64,000 nucleotides of DNA from Octopus sinensis (Eukaryota). This document shows, one piece after another, positions 12,194-25,358 of this stretch. Within the stretch, counting starts at the first letter, position 1. The number at the start of each line of letters is the position of its first letter. The DNA lies in contig NC_042997.1 in the NCBI RefSeq assembly GCF_006345805.1, forward strand, positions 156,116,001 to 156,180,000. The letters are read 5' to 3'. Made by a program: the position numbers and the translations under genes. The notes under the pieces are model-generated. The model did not search any database, was not told the origin of the DNA, and saw only the letters and a list, made by a program, of their open reading frames with translations.

Positions 12194-12826
12194 CTGTATG
12201 TGTTTCACTGTATATTCTTATCATTTTATGTACATTTTTTATCATTACAACTTGGACAAAGCAGCAAGCTGGCAGAACCATTAATACATTGGACAAAATA
12301 CTTACAGGGATTTCTTCTGGCTCTTTACCTTCTGAGTTCAGTTCCTCTTGCAGTCAACTTTAACTTTCATCCTTTTTTTGGAGTTGATCAAATAAATTAT
12401 AGTCAAGTATTGGAATCAATGAAATCAATTTGCCATTCACCCCCAAAACTATGAGCCTTGAGCCAAAATTTGAAACAATTGTTATCATTATATTTACTCC
12501 TGTTAGTATCATGGACAAAATACTTGTGGCATTTCATCCACGTTTACATTATGGGTTCAGATTCTGCTGATGTTGACTTTACCCTTCATCCTTTTAAAGT
12601 CAATGAAATAAGTACCTGTTGAGCACTGAAGTCAATGAAATTGACTAGACACTTCCCCTAAAAAATTGCAAACCTTATACCTGGAAAAGAAAGGAAGTAT
12701 ATTTATTGTATATGTATAACTGTATATTATCATTGTTGTTGTTGTTGTTATTTATTATTATTATTATTGTTATTTTTATTATTATTGTTGTTATTGTTAT
12801 TGCTATTATTATTATTATTGTTGTTA

Positions 12827-12860
<34 letters not shown>

Positions 12861-12907
12861 CATTATTATTATTATTATAATTAGTAGTAGTAGTAGTAGT
12901 AGTAGTA

Positions 12908-13459
12908 GGTGAGAGAGCAGTGCATGCCATCAAAGTGACACTGGGGTAAAATATATGAAGCCCAGTATACCCATCATGGCTACCTGTCTGATAAGGGTAC
13001 ACCAGGCACATGCATCACAACCATATGTGCGCGACATGGTGATCTTATATCAAGATAAACAGCGCATGACCTTGCAGGTGGGGCCCAGTTAGAATTTTCT
13101 TCTGGTCGAGTAACCCATCTTGCTCAAAAGGTCCCTGAATAAGGGTTGCTTAAGGCTGTTGAACGAAACACCCATGTTTCCAGAGGTGAGTTATTCAAAC
13201 CCCAAAGAATTCCTCTCAACACATGGCTATGATGCTCTCCCATTACTTCTGCTTGTGATCAGAGATGCACATATCGTCAGCCACTAAGGGACATGCTCAA
13301 CTGGTTAAGGTCAAACAACTGACAGGCAAATCTTTGGTATTGAGCAGAATATTTGCTGTAGCCCATCTTTTATACCAAGACAAAACATTGTACATGATAA
13401 CACTTCCAATCAGTTAAGATCAGAAGCCATGAGAGCCACTGCCTGGTACTGCATCAGGT
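12908..13459 (-). mobile_element. ~550-bp non-coding interspersed element in a (TAA)/(TAG)n array
   Basis: Sharp rise in GC and complexity, bounded on both sides by trinucleotide arrays; no ORF; adjacent to Dong-like LINE pieces. Strand is uncertain. Confidence 0.55.
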
Positions 13460-13489
13460 ATTATTATTATTATTTTTATTATTATTATG

Positions 13490-14700
13490 GGCTGTTGCTG
13501 TAGTATGCTATAGTGAGTTGGCTGAAGGTTTTGGGTTACCTTGTCATGTCTGCGCTTGTACTCTTTCTGTGCAAGACTTTCACAAGCACTAACAATGAGA
13601 GTCACGCTTTTCTTTCAACCCTCTTCCCACACATTCTGAAGAAGTTTGTTGCACTTGTGTGGTATGTATCCCCTTTCACTGAGTTGGTATTCAATACCTG
13701 ATCCTGGGCTGCGATGATTAGGCTTTCAGTATTCTTTTTTAGGTCACCCTTGCTGAGCCACTTCCATGATGCTTCCTGGTCTTTTAAGTTGTTAGTTTCA
13801 CAGTGGAACTGACCATGTGATTCCTTGTGGAGTAGGGTTACTTCTATCTTGTTGGCGGTTTGTGATCAGAATTCATGAGCACACTCAAGCCCATTTTTGT
13901 TAAATTCTTCTGCATTAGCAGCATACTATAGTAGGTTTTGTTTGCTGTTTACCAAATATTCCACCATGTTTCTTCTTTTACTGTTGATGCACTCCCATGC
14001 ACTAATCATCCCACATCCACCTTTCCCCTCTTCATGTAGAGCCTGTATACATTCACCTTAGGGTGGATGGCACCATGTATTGCCATTGTCTTTCAGGTAA
14101 TGTGATTGAGTTGGTTAATTTCTGCTTATGTCCATTTCAGGATGGGTGCACTATAGCATACTACAGCAACAGCCCATATGTTGATGGCAGTCACATGGTA
14201 CCTTGAGTTGAGTCTTGATTTCAAGAGAAGCTTGAGGCACTTCAAATATTCAGTAATGACCTTGTCTTTCATTTCTCTGTACAAGGTATTGTCTAGCTCT
14301 AGGATTCCAAGGTACTTGTACCCATCATCATTCAGGTCTTCCATCCTCTCTCCGTTGGGCAATTCTATGCCCCTACAATCTGCTCTTTTCCCTGTTTTCA
14401 AAGTGAGCACTGCACACTTTGAGATACCAAATTCCATCCCTATATCCTTGCTGCACATCTGCATAGTCTCAACCAGCCTTTCCATTTCAGGCTCTGTTTT
14501 TGTGAACAGTTTTAAATCATCCATGAAGTGAAGGTGGTTGAGACAATGTCCATTCTTTCTCAGCTCATTGTGCATGTTGATTTTGAGTAGGGCTACAGAA
14601 AGTAGGATCAAAGCTATAACAAATAACATACCCTGGAAAATACCTCTTTTGATTGTTATCTCAGCTAAATGCTGCCTAGTTGGAAAACACATTTTTCTGT
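13490..14700 (-). mobile_element. R4/Dong-clade LINE fragment (RT to zinc knuckle)
   Basis: ITIKRGIFQG, LNHLHFMDDLKLF, DIGMEFGISKC, YKYLGILE, AINIWAVAVVCYS; C-terminal IVSACESLAQKEYKRRHDKV. Confidence 0.9.
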
Positions 14701-14749
14701 AACAACAAGCCTCCTAGTGATGGAGTTTGGACCTCACAAAATGAATCTG

Positions 14750-14818
<69 letters not shown>

Positions 14819-14819
14819 T

Positions 14820-15267
14820 TCTTTTTCTTCTTTCTTCAAATTTTCGTCCATTTCTCGCTGGGTGTTTTCCGTACACCTAGGGCAGAGAAGTTCATTGTAT
14901 GTATTCCCAGATTACACACGCAAATTCACAGGTAAAATATGTATTTAAAAAAATTAATAAACAAATAAATTCATGAATGGATGTTATTTTCACAGCGATA
15001 ATACTCTTCTCAGTACATGAGTCATTCCGGTTAACATGATTTTTTGCACTTCCTGTAGGGATAGTAAACCTGGTATCATTTTCAAATAGGTTTCAGTATC
15101 TTTTTTTATCATTCTTAGAGATCCTACAATCACGGGTACTGTAGTCGCCTTGAGATGCTACATTTTCTCAATTTCTATTAGCAAGTTTTTATATTTGCTG
15201 ATCTTGTCAAATTCTTTTGCCACTATATTTTGATCTCAAGGAATACTCATGTCAATTAATAAACACA

Positions 15268-15270
<3 letters not shown>
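14820..15270 (-). mobile_element. R4/Dong-clade LINE 3' end (restriction-like endonuclease and 3' UTR) in (TAA)n
   Basis: Minus-strand translation LLIDMSIP*DQNIVAKEFDKISKYKNLLIEIEKM*HLKATTVPVIVGSL..QEVQKIML; (TAA)n on both sides. Confidence 0.88.
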
Positions 15271-15324
<54 letters not shown>

Positions 15325-16402
15325 CATAATCATTATTATTTGATGTGTATTTCTTTTATTGCAACTTGAGCTGCAATCCACTTGTTCTTGTATATGATGA
15401 TAATAGATTAAACTGAACACTTAACATAAACATTTTATATCCTTGGATTTATACACTACACACGACATTCTCAGCACTATAGACTATACAATATACACAG
15501 CAATGATTTAGAAAGCAATGAGCTTTTGCTTTAGTTCATTTCTTTTCTTTATCCTAGGTTACTTTCTCAAGAGCACAAGTGCAATAAACCAATAAGAGAA
15601 CCATTATGTCATTGCTCAACTTGTTAAAGATCACAGCCAAATTTGAATAACTTGAATAACTTTGATAATAGTTCTGTTTGATCAGACACAACACAGAGCA
15701 AAACAGCAACAACAACATTTTGTGGACTTGTTCATTAAATTCAACAAGTACATTAAAAGACCATATCCATCAAATGTTCTATATCTTAAGCAACAACTTG
15801 TGTCAATCAATTTTCAAAATTCTTTATGAATTATACTTTACTGAATGCATTGTCATTCCTTTTTAGCCTCCCAGCACTTGATTCTCCTCTTTTTATATTG
15901 TTTCTAGTCTTCATATGTCATCAAATCTCAGAAAAAATGACTCATCTTATTTTCTACACCATCAGACCTCTGAATATGGCATATCAAATGTTATTACTCG
16001 ATATTAAACTGATATATCTATTTGAAAATATCATTATATCAAGTACCTATAGCCCCAATATTTTAGTTGAGTTACTAGATTGTTATAACTATTATAGTTC
16101 AAATAAACAATAGAGTCCAGGCTTCATATAAGTAAGACTTGAGAAGCCTTTAATGACATATGACTTAAGAATTTAAACCTCTCTCTCTGCTATCTTTATT
16201 ATCTTTCTGTCAGTTTTAATTCGTAATAATTACCTCTCTGAGATGCTTCACTATGTCTTTAAAGTTTAAAGTTAATATTAGTACCAACATACTAGCAGTT
16301 GGCAATATACTTCATCCTGAATAACACAAATGTTTAATTTGGTAACAATTACTGAATTAATCAATTAGATTATTACCTAAAGTTTCTGAAATATTGTTTA
16401 TA

Positions 16403-16686
16403 GTGCTGGTGTCACATGAAAAGTACATGTGCTGGTGCCCCATAAAAAGCACTGGTGCTCATGCCATGTAAAAAGCACTTGTGCTGGTGCCATATAAAAA
16501 GCACACAGCACACTCTGTAAAGTTGTTGGCAATAGAAAGGGCATTCAACTATAGAAACATTGCCAAACCAGATAATTGGAGCTTGGTACAGCTTTCTGGT
16601 TTGCTAGCTCCAATCAAACTATCCAACCCATACCAGCATGGAAAACAGATATTAAATGAAGATGAAGATGATGATGATGATGATGA
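16403..16686 (+). mobile_element. RTE-tailed SINE with internal ~23-bp tandem repeats
   Basis: Four copies of gtgctggtgccatataaaaagca-like units, then the shared tail and (GAT)n. Confidence 0.8.
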
Positions 16687-16889
16687 TATAGTACATCATT
16701 CTACAGCATTTTTTTTTACAAAACTGTTGACTGAGACTGGAAAGAAATGATTGGACATGGCGTTTTGGACACTGATGATTTGGTGCAACTGACTGGACAG
16801 TCAACCAGTTTTGGTGATAATACTTCTTGGCACTGGAGGCAAATGCACACACATATATATGCTTGCACAGAAATATATAAATACAGTGA

Positions 16890-16914
16890 TACACACACAC
16901 ACACACACACACAC

Positions 16915-16945
<31 letters not shown>

Positions 16946-17082
16946 TGTATGTATTATGTATGTATGTATGTATGTATGTATGTGTGTGTGTGTATGTATG
17001 TATGTATGTATGTATGTATGTATGTATGTATGTATGTATGTATGTATGTATATGTATGTATATATGTATATATATATACATA
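16890..17082. repeat. Compound (CA)n/(TATG)n microsatellite
   Basis: Direct reading. Confidence 0.95.
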
Positions 17083-17373
17083 TAATAAGTTTAAAGGGAT
17101 GTATTATCTGAGTGCTTCTGTGTTTTGCTTCACTACTGCATTAGTAGAGGTGAACCCTAGGTCAAGATTCTCACAACTTTTAATAATAGCACCCATACCT
17201 CCTAAAAAACACTTTATTCATTCAGTTTGCTGATTCCTTCAGTTTTGCTTTGAATTGGCAGCGATTAAGGACCCTGAGGAAATTGCCCCAACCATGACAC
17301 CAAGTTCAATATCCAACAGTGTGCAGGAAATAACTGTTAAATAAAATTATGGATGTAAAATATCTTTTATCTC

Positions 17374-17413
17374 CTTTCTGTTGAAGAGTGTAGGCTCGAA
17401 ACAAACATAAAAG
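17374..17413 (+). ncRNA. Degenerate minimal hammerhead (A6U core) in a small element ending at (TA)n (~17350-17502)
   Basis: cttt CTGTTGA a gag(tgtagg)ctc GAAA caaaca TA aaag; same family as 43688-43723. Confidence 0.5.
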
Positions 17414-17501
17414 ACTGTCTCACCTTCCCAAGCGTTAAACTGAAACACCTGTTTGTTGTTTATACACCTATCTTCATCTTTTATTTTTCTGTAAATGTCC
17501 A

Positions 17502-17532
<31 letters not shown>

Positions 17533-19240
17533 CTGAAAGGGAGAGAGAAAGAATAAGAAATGTCAAATCACTGACATCAAATTTTTTAATGCCAAAACGT
17601 TTTATATACAAACTGAACCTTAGATCACAGGAGTTGTCTTTATGTGATCAATTTAAAACAGGAATGAATATATATATGTGTACTTATACATATTATCTGG
17701 TGCAAGAAGACGTTTGAGCAAAAGAAGAAACTCAAAACTTCTGTTTTGTTGAAATTAGTCTTCATCAAACAGATCTATGATCAAAGGCTTTCCAGTATTG
17801 ACTACCCCTTCTTGTTTACAGGAATAGTCTACATAGAATTACATTATTCAGTTTTTCCTTCCTCTTTATATATACTGATAGGATGTGAGTTGAGGGAGAT
17901 TTAACTACAATTTGTAGCATGTTAACGATTGCCTGCTGGCTTCTCATTGGATTTTAAGGATCATTTCCTAAGTATGTGTTACAATGGTATCTGATTCCAA
18001 AATTAAACTATTACAAATCTATTGATTCATCTATCATTTTCCTTACTACCTCTAGTCTTTTCTTGTAATAGCCAGTCTTTTTTTAAATTGATTTTTGCAT
18101 TTAGTCCCACTCTGTTCCTGTATTTATAATCTGTCCTACATTTAGGAGATCTTTTTAAGTCTTATTCCAGAGGTTTTGGTTTTATAATTTATGATAATTA
18201 GGGACCACACTGATGGATACCAAGCCATGCATATAACTTATCTTTCCTCACTAACAAGGAGCTCAAAATATCGCAAAACTAGAATGAAGGAGAGAAGGCA
18301 GTTTCAGTACTAGTTTTAGAGTCCACACAATTTGAAGTTGAGTGGCTATGAGTAAAAATGTCTTGCTTGCATGTGAAACCAATAGTCACAGTGAAAGTAT
18401 TATTAATGATAATGGAAATAGCTAAAAAACAACAAAGGATGTAAACTTTGATAAAATTTAATTAGGAAGTATGTATACTGAAGTAACAATATTTTTCTTT
18501 ATGATAAAAGGCAGTAATTTAAAACAAATTATTGTGTGGTACACATAATCAACATATTAGTATCAAAAAAATATAAAGTACAGGTTGGTGGGGGGTTGTG
18601 CTATGGTTCTGGGTGACATTACATTTTTGCTATTGAAGAAGGCTTAAAGTGTCAATAATTGATTGATTACATATACATACACTGTACTTCATACTAGCCT
18701 CATGATAGTAATTCATATATCTCTTAAATCTATTTCAATTCATCTATATAGCAGCTTATCAAATTCTAATATAATGTACTTTATTTATATATTATTCATC
18801 AAAGTAACTACTTTTAAATCACAGGATGATTTTTTTATAGTTTGATCTTCAAAGTGCACATTGTGAACAGCTCTTAGGACTGCCTCTGATGTTCTCTAAA
18901 CAAGGGAGTATCAAAAATTCTAAAGCTTAACACTTTCAAGACAGCTAGGACACCTATGTCCCATGAGTTTAACCTAAAAACCTATAAGGAAATATATCTC
19001 TCAAAAAGTCATTATATTAATTCAAATTCAGCTTTCATATCTTGTAAAACTATGGCATCATCTTTTTGTAAGTGCTGACAACAAAGGTAGCCGGAAGCTA
19101 TTGTTCTAATTTTGTTCAAGGAGTGTCATGTTAACAATTGCTTTATTTAGTTCATTCAAATAGCTTCATCAGAACCCTGAGGCTCCAATGAAGAGTGTTA
19201 TTCAGGTACTCAACTATGAGTACACTGCATCATATATATA

Positions 19241-19416
19241 TGTGACCTCGTCTTCCCTTCTCTGGATCTTTCCTTCTCCTATGTTTCCGACGAAGAGCTC
19301 CGCTCGAAATGTTAAACCCTCCTTCTTTCCTTCTTTCCTGAGCGTCCAATAATACTATATTTGTTCCATGTCCTCGCGTTGTTGTGTTTTTTTGTGCCTA
19401 CTTGTTTGGATTAACT
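19241..19416 (+). mobile_element. Short (TA)n-flanked element with minimal hammerhead (U4C core) at 19283-19317
   Basis: gttt CCGACGA a gagc(tcc)gctc GAAA tg T T aaac; a second family copy lies at 25096-25300. Confidence 0.75.
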
Positions 19417-19491
19417 ATATATATATATATATATATAAAATATATATATATATATATTATCTGAAATATACAGTATTACAATATCTATTGT

Positions 19492-19583
19492 GGCTGATCT
19501 TACCTATCAGTTTCCTGCAAGAAATACAACGGAGTGTTAGGTAACAATCCAATTATATAACCTTATGCTCATCAGAGTTAGCC
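19492..19583 (-). ncRNA. Degenerate hammerhead with long stem II
   Basis: Minus strand: ggctaact CTGATGA gca...tgc ag GAAA ctgatagg TA agatcagcc. Core and stem I are recognisable; stems II and III are imperfect. Confidence 0.5.
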
Positions 19584-19939
19584 GATATGGAAGGGAATAT
19601 GGTGACTGCTCTCTGTTGTCAGAGGTAGACTAACACATCAAGTTTGTGGCTGCTGTAAAATAGGTGGCAAAACGATAAAAAGTCAGGGGATTAGATTAGG
19701 AGTTATGTTCCTTGGTTGGGTACACTGTAAGGCTGATAAGAGTTACCTTGAAGTGTTTGAGGAGAAAGTGTATGTTATTAAGTATGGTGCTCCTATGGGG
19801 ATGGGGGTGTGTGATATATGTAGTGGTGTCATATGCATAATTTTTTCCAGGAGTGTAGGCATACACACACATGTATAAAACAAAGTTATTTCATTCCACA
19901 CAGGTAGAAACAGATAGTTTATTTTTAAAGGCTTAACCA

Positions 19940-20063
19940 GTTTCACAGATTTTTTCTGATTTTCAAAAGTTAAGTGAGATAAAAAAAATGTGGAGCTATG
20001 TTGGCATAACCCCACATCATTCTATTTCACTTAATGTTTGAAAATCAGAAAAATCTGTGAAAC
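19940..20063. repeat. Fold-back hairpin (MITE-like)
   Basis: gtttcacagattttttctgattttcaaa..taagtgagata / tatttcactta..tttgaaaatcagaaaaatctgtgaaac, with inner atgtggagctatg / cataaccccacat. Confidence 0.85.
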
Positions 20064-20196
20064 CAGTTCAGTGTTTCTCAACTGTTTTTTTAGCTATAGA
20101 CCCCTTTGATTCCTATTTTACTTTATCCTAATAAATACTTGATGTTTAAAAAAAAAATCTCTCATATTTTTACAATGAAATATTATTAGGAATTGT

Positions 20197-20285
20197 CTGC
20201 TCTGGTTTACCAGTTCCAGTCAAACCATTTAACTCGTGCCAGCATGGAAAGCGAATGTTACATGATGATGATGATGATGACGATG
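20197..20285 (+). mobile_element. 5'-truncated RTE-tailed SINE with TSD
   Basis: TSD attaggaattgt (20185-20196) / attaagaattgt (20286-20297); (GAT)n tail. Confidence 0.85.
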
Positions 20286-20313
20286 ATTAAGAATTGTATA
20301 ATAAAAGCTGTTA

Positions 20314-21604
20314 CGAGGGGCGTTCAATAAATAATGCCCCTGGCCCACTTGCAGTTATTTGATCTTGCTGAAATTTTGCATGTGCAATTATTTATATCTC
20401 TATAGATTAAGTGGCAAATTACAGCTCTAAACTAATTGTGGTTTCTGATTTACAGGTGTTTGAACTGAGTCAAGTGTGAAATGGAGCCTGTTGAGTGTCG
20501 AGCAGTGATCCAGTTTTTGTATTTGAAAGGACGCACACCACGGGAGACTTTTGATGGAATGAAAGTAACTTATGGTGATGATGCCCTATCATATGACCTT
20601 GTAAAACGCTGGCATCGTGAATTCAAACATGGTCAGAGCTCTGTGGAAACAGCTCCCAGATCTGGTCGCCCCCTTCTGCCATTGATGAAGCATCTGTCCG
20701 TCAAGTTGAGGCTGCCATTTCAGAAGATCAACGCATAACTATTCGCCAAATAGCCCATGAGGTCAAGATTAGTACTGGGTCTGTGGGAACTATCATTCAT
20801 GACCATTTGCATATGCAAAAGGTGTCTGCTAGATGGATTCCCAAGCTGCTCACATCTTTCCAGAAGCAAGAACGCGTCGATTGCTCGAGGATGAATTTGG
20901 AGATGTGCCAAGAATATGAGTCAACATTTTTCAAAAGACTGATTACACAGGATGAAACCTGGGTCCATCACTATGATCCAGAGACCAAAGCCCAGTCAAT
21001 GCAGTGGACACACCGTGACTCACCTCCTCCAAAGAAGGCAAGGGTGCAGCCCGCTGCTGGCAAGGTCATGCTCACAGTCTTCTGGGACCAGGACGGAGTA
21101 GTGATGACAGATTTCCTGGCAAAGGGTGCAACAATTACAGGAGCCTATTATGCTTCACTTTTGAGGAAATTAAGAGAAGCTATCAAAATCAAGAGGCGGG
21201 GCAAGATCAACAAAGGCATCCTCCTCTTGCAGGACAACGCTCCGGTTCACAACTCGCATGTCGCCAGATCAGAAGCACAGGCTTGCGGCTATGAACTCCT
21301 CCCCCATCCCCCTACTCTCCTGATCTTGCACCCTCTGATTTTCACCTCTTCCCAGCCATGAAGTTGTTTTTGAAAGGAAAGCATTTCCCAGATGATGCAG
21401 CCTTGATTTCTGAAGTTACGTCGTGGTTGGAGGACCAAGCTGGGGTCTTCTACAAAAACGGTCTTCAGAGCTGCATCAAACAATGGGAGAAATGCGTAAC
21501 TCTGGGTGGTTCCTATGTAGAAAAATACTAATAACTGTGCCAAGTTTCGTTGCTCTACTGCTATGGGAAGTGGGTCAGGGGCATTACTTATTGAACGCCC
21601 CTCG
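20314..21604 (+). mobile_element. Full-length mariner DNA transposon (irritans-like), 1291 bp
   Basis: 37-bp TIRs cgaggggcgttcaataa(a/g)taatgcccctg(g/a)cccactt with 2 mismatches, TA target duplication, transposase inside. Confidence 0.97.
20481..21531 (+). pseudogene. Mariner DD34D transposase with two frameshifts (~20670, ~21310)
   Basis: HTH region MEPVECRAVIQFL, WIPKLL, ITQDETWVHHY, LLQDNAPVH, YSPDLAPSDFHLF, ending GSYVEKY*. Confidence 0.95.
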
Positions 21605-22045
21605 TAAAATATTGTGCACATTGTAGAAGTATAATCAATTTATAGCACATAAATTTTAACAGCAAAATCTAGTGGACCCGCAAGGGCCATGAGGACCCCA
21701 GTGGAGAACTACTGGATTAAGTCTTTAAAAATAAGCCATCTAAACTAACTACCAATGTATTTTCAACGTTGTGTCTTTGTCTGTCTGCCTGCCTGCCTGC
21801 ATGCATGCATGCATGAATATATGTATGTATGTATGTATGTATGTACGTATGTATGTATGTATGCTTTTTATGGTATTTCAATGCAATAGTAACTCTGGGA
21901 CAGCACTGCCCTAGCAAGTATGTCCCATCATATACTTTCATGATTACTGAAAATACAGATGAGTTTTATATAAAAGTAGCTTTTAGGTGCAAATCAAACC
22001 CATCCAACCATGAAAACAATAAGAAAAAATATAGTGTATTTTACA

Positions 22046-22230
22046 TTAAACATTTTAGCATTCAAACTGGATAGATCTGACTCCTCATACCTACCCTACA
22101 ATATCATTCTAAAAATTAACAATAACAGCATTGAAATCTCAAAGCTATGAGATAATGCACGATTAATTCAAAACAATGTGAATACATAGGCATTACATTT
22201 GACAGAGTAACCTGAATGCTAAAGCGTTAA
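22046..22230. mobile_element. TTAA-flanked piggyBac-type MITE
   Basis: ttaa..ttttagcattca ... tgaatgctaaagcg ttaa; same family as 25359-25587 and 44247-44648. Confidence 0.7.
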
Positions 22231-22234
22231 AAAT

Positions 22235-22690
22235 AATTTCATGAATGTAGATCTGAAAGGGAAATTTTGAAGAAGTTGTCTCATTGATTTATGTTAAGAT
22301 TTTCGACCATTTCTAGTGTCCTAGAGTAAGATCTGAGGTTGGGTTGGGTTGGCTGCCATTTCCAAAGATTTGAGTCACTGGACGTACTTCTTTGTTAGCT
22401 TGTATGTTTTCATGTCTTTGATATTTTGGTAGTGTAAATAACACATATTTTGGACATTTTTTAGTGAAAAATTTGAAAAATATAGAAAGAATTCTCATAA
22501 AAAGTAGATACAATTTCAAATATAAACTTGATAATTACAAATTCAAATCCTGTACATATAAATGAAGCAATTAGAAACCCTCCTTCTGATAGTTCATTAA
22601 ATTTTGTTCCAAATATCCTTCTCTGTGACCACCTTTCCCTCAGGTGAACCATGAAGTTTTTTTCTGCAGAGTCCACTGGTTTCAATGTTC
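22235..22690 (-). mobile_element. Possible old Penelope-like RT fragment
   Basis: Minus-strand FTLPK....EVRPV and LLQNFP..YI resemble PLE RT N-terminal motifs (YxLPKxHK..RPI, PSYI); heavily decayed. Confidence 0.3.
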
Positions 22691-23397
22691 ATATGCATAG
22701 GTAGGCAAGGCCTGATTAACCTATAAACAGGACTCTGACAGATGCTACTACTTCAGGTCAGAGTAGACCGGAGAACTAAAGGGACTAGAAGGTGGTTCCA
22801 CTCTCATCAAAAACTTGAAACTCCCAAATCAGGTCCCCACTATTATGTGGAATTTAAAGTTGTACTCAGAACAATGCATTGTAGAGTGCAGAGAGCAAGA
22901 TGAGGCAAATAAGACACCTTGGTCTTCCACTGCATCCATCTCCATCCCAAATCATCTGGATCTGGTCTTTCCAATAGACTGATGATGGTCTCAGATGAGA
23001 AAGTGAAGTCGATGGTGTTCAACACTACTTCACTTTAAACCATCTAGATGGTTGTCATCACTTTGATAAACAAACATGCACATCCTTCAACATCAACAAA
23101 TATGATAAATGGCAGTAGACAATCTAATGAGTACTTCGACAGATTGAGTTCAGTGATTGAATACAACAGTTTCAAAATTTTTGGACTATTTTCTTTGGTA
23201 CTGGATACACACTAGCTGTAATCTAAGCCCAATAATGCTGTTTTAAAGATAGGAAAAATGCTTTGTAATGAAATTTACAAGTAAATTCAAGAGTTGGACA
23301 GGTTTGCATGCTATGGGATGAGGAAGAGGACACTCACTTCTTATGAATGACTCACATAGGAAAGATATATTTGAACTGAGCTGTAAAATGTATTTCT

Positions 23398-23430
23398 TCT
23401 CTGAAGAAGTAGCTGTCCAGAAACATCAGA
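23398..23430 (+). ncRNA. Degenerate minimal hammerhead relic
   Basis: tct CTGAAGA agtagctgtcca GAAA ca TC aga. Core, GAAA, UC site and 3-bp stem I are present; stem II is decayed. Confidence 0.35.
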
Positions 23431-25013
23431 TTCCTCTTCTGCCAACACCATAAAATCTTATCTAAACTCATTGACTTCACTGTATAACTTTTACTAACAT
23501 AGACCCATTCATTTCCTTGGACTCTGTTTTTTTAAGGTAACAATGGCTGTTTCATAAGTGGAATAATTTACTAGTAACACGCATGCACACACACACACAC
23601 ACAGATTTATATAAAAGCGTTGAAATGGTGGTGTTTTCCCAAAAAGAACAAGGCAATCTAACTTACATCCTTCAAACCCAATTGATTAGTGGAACAATGG
23701 AGTTTGTAAACATTCCAAAGATGGTTAATTTGAATTTCTTATGATGAGCATATGCACACAATCATGTGTTTATATGACATACACACATATAAAGAATATT
23801 GGGTGCATGTGTACACAGATGTATGAGAGAGACATGTCAAGTATATCTACACATACACCAAGTCACTTATATATTCAAAACTTTCTGTAATTGTCTTTAC
23901 TCATACAAGAAAGCCTTAACTGTTTTTTAGTGATTAGATTGAATTCTGCAAAGAAAAACTGATATAAATCTCAAAGAAATACATATATACACGCATACAT
24001 ACTTATATATATATACATATATACATACACTCACAAGCATATGCACGAGACCTTGCAATGAATGATAAAGTAAAATTGACAATTTTCATACAAGTATCCA
24101 TATCACCATGCTATGAGTCAGCTGAAGGATGAGAAAGCTGTGATTGTGCTGAGAGAGGCTGAAGTGAGTTGTAGAGGTGTATTAGATACACAGATAGGAG
24201 TGTCATTGAGAGAATGAGAGAGAGAGAGAAGCAATAAGCAGTAAACCAGCAGAATGCTCATAAGACAAGCTCTCAGGTAAGCAGACAGTGAAATACATAG
24301 AGGACTGAATAAAAGCATGAGAAAGGATAAGATAATATGAATAATAAAATAAACAGGGAGAGAAAAGATGGAAAGAAAGATAAGGATCCACAATAAAAAA
24401 AGAGGCATCAGAGAGGGATCATGATAAAATTTCAGTGAGCAAATGAAAGAGATAGACGTTTGTTTATAATATCAGAATGCATGGAGGAGGTGAGGTGAAA
24501 AATGTGGGAAGTGAAGAAATAGATTTAAGAAACAGAAGCAAGGCTCAAAACAAAAAGGACAACAAGGGGATATATTAAAACATAAGAAATAGAGGATTAA
24601 GGTTAGAAGTAGAAAGGTAAAGATTTACTGAAAAGAGATAGAAATTAAACCTATAATTTTCGACAGCTACTATGCTAGGAATATATATTTTGGTAACAGA
24701 ATTATCTTCATCCTTTTCCACTCCCTCTGACACCAAATTTCAACCAAAGTTACTGTCATATCTAATATTTATAAAACAGCAATGACAAAGACTAATAACA
24801 CTTGCAGTAAGAATTTTATCATGATATCAAACAATATGGTTTTGAATCCTCTATCACATTCCTTTAATAATTTTCTCTGAAATGCAAACAAACAGAGCAA
24901 ACTATCCCTGTTTCATCACTTCATAATTTGTATACCTTTCTTTGTAAAAGTATTTGTTGAAGACAAATTTATTTTACCAAGAGTTAAAATTAGATGCATG
25001 ACATTTCAATTGT

Positions 25014-25095
<82 letters not shown>

Positions 25096-25300
25096 GTGAC
25101 CTCGTGTGTACCGTTGGCGATTTTTTTCCTCTGTCTTCCCTTCTCGGGATCTTTCCTTCTCCTATGTTTCCGACGAAGAGCTCCACTCTAAACGTTAAAC
25201 CCTCCTTCTTCCCTTCTTTCCTGAGCGTCCAATAATACTATATTTGTTCCACGTTCTCGCATTGTTGTGTTTTTTTTGTGTTTTCTTGTTTGGATTAACT
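25096..25300 (+). mobile_element. Second copy of the (TA)n-flanked U4C-hammerhead element (G12T, likely dead)
   Basis: gttt CCGACGA a gag(ctcca)ctc TAAA cg T T aaac at 25166-25200; highly similar to 19241-19416. Confidence 0.75.
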
Positions 25301-25358
25301 ATATATATATATATATATATATATACATACACATAAATTTTCTCTGGGACATAGAGCC

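Larger units (their letters stand above)
20069..21714. mobile_element. hAT/Charlie-type MITE interrupted by a SINE and a mariner
   Basis: Ends cagtgtttctcaac / gtggagaactactg resemble CAGTGGTTCTCAAC-type hAT TIRs; no 8-bp TSD visible. Confidence 0.55.

Noticed and set aside
12009-12912. ORFs with poly-Ile/Asn (also poly-His, poly-Ser, CVCV, YLSI and MYVC ORFs elsewhere)
   Set aside because: These are translations of microsatellites, not genes.
17237-17344. Possible exon after ccttcag (FCFELAAIKDPEEI...)
   Set aside because: No homology, no partner exons, lies among repeats.
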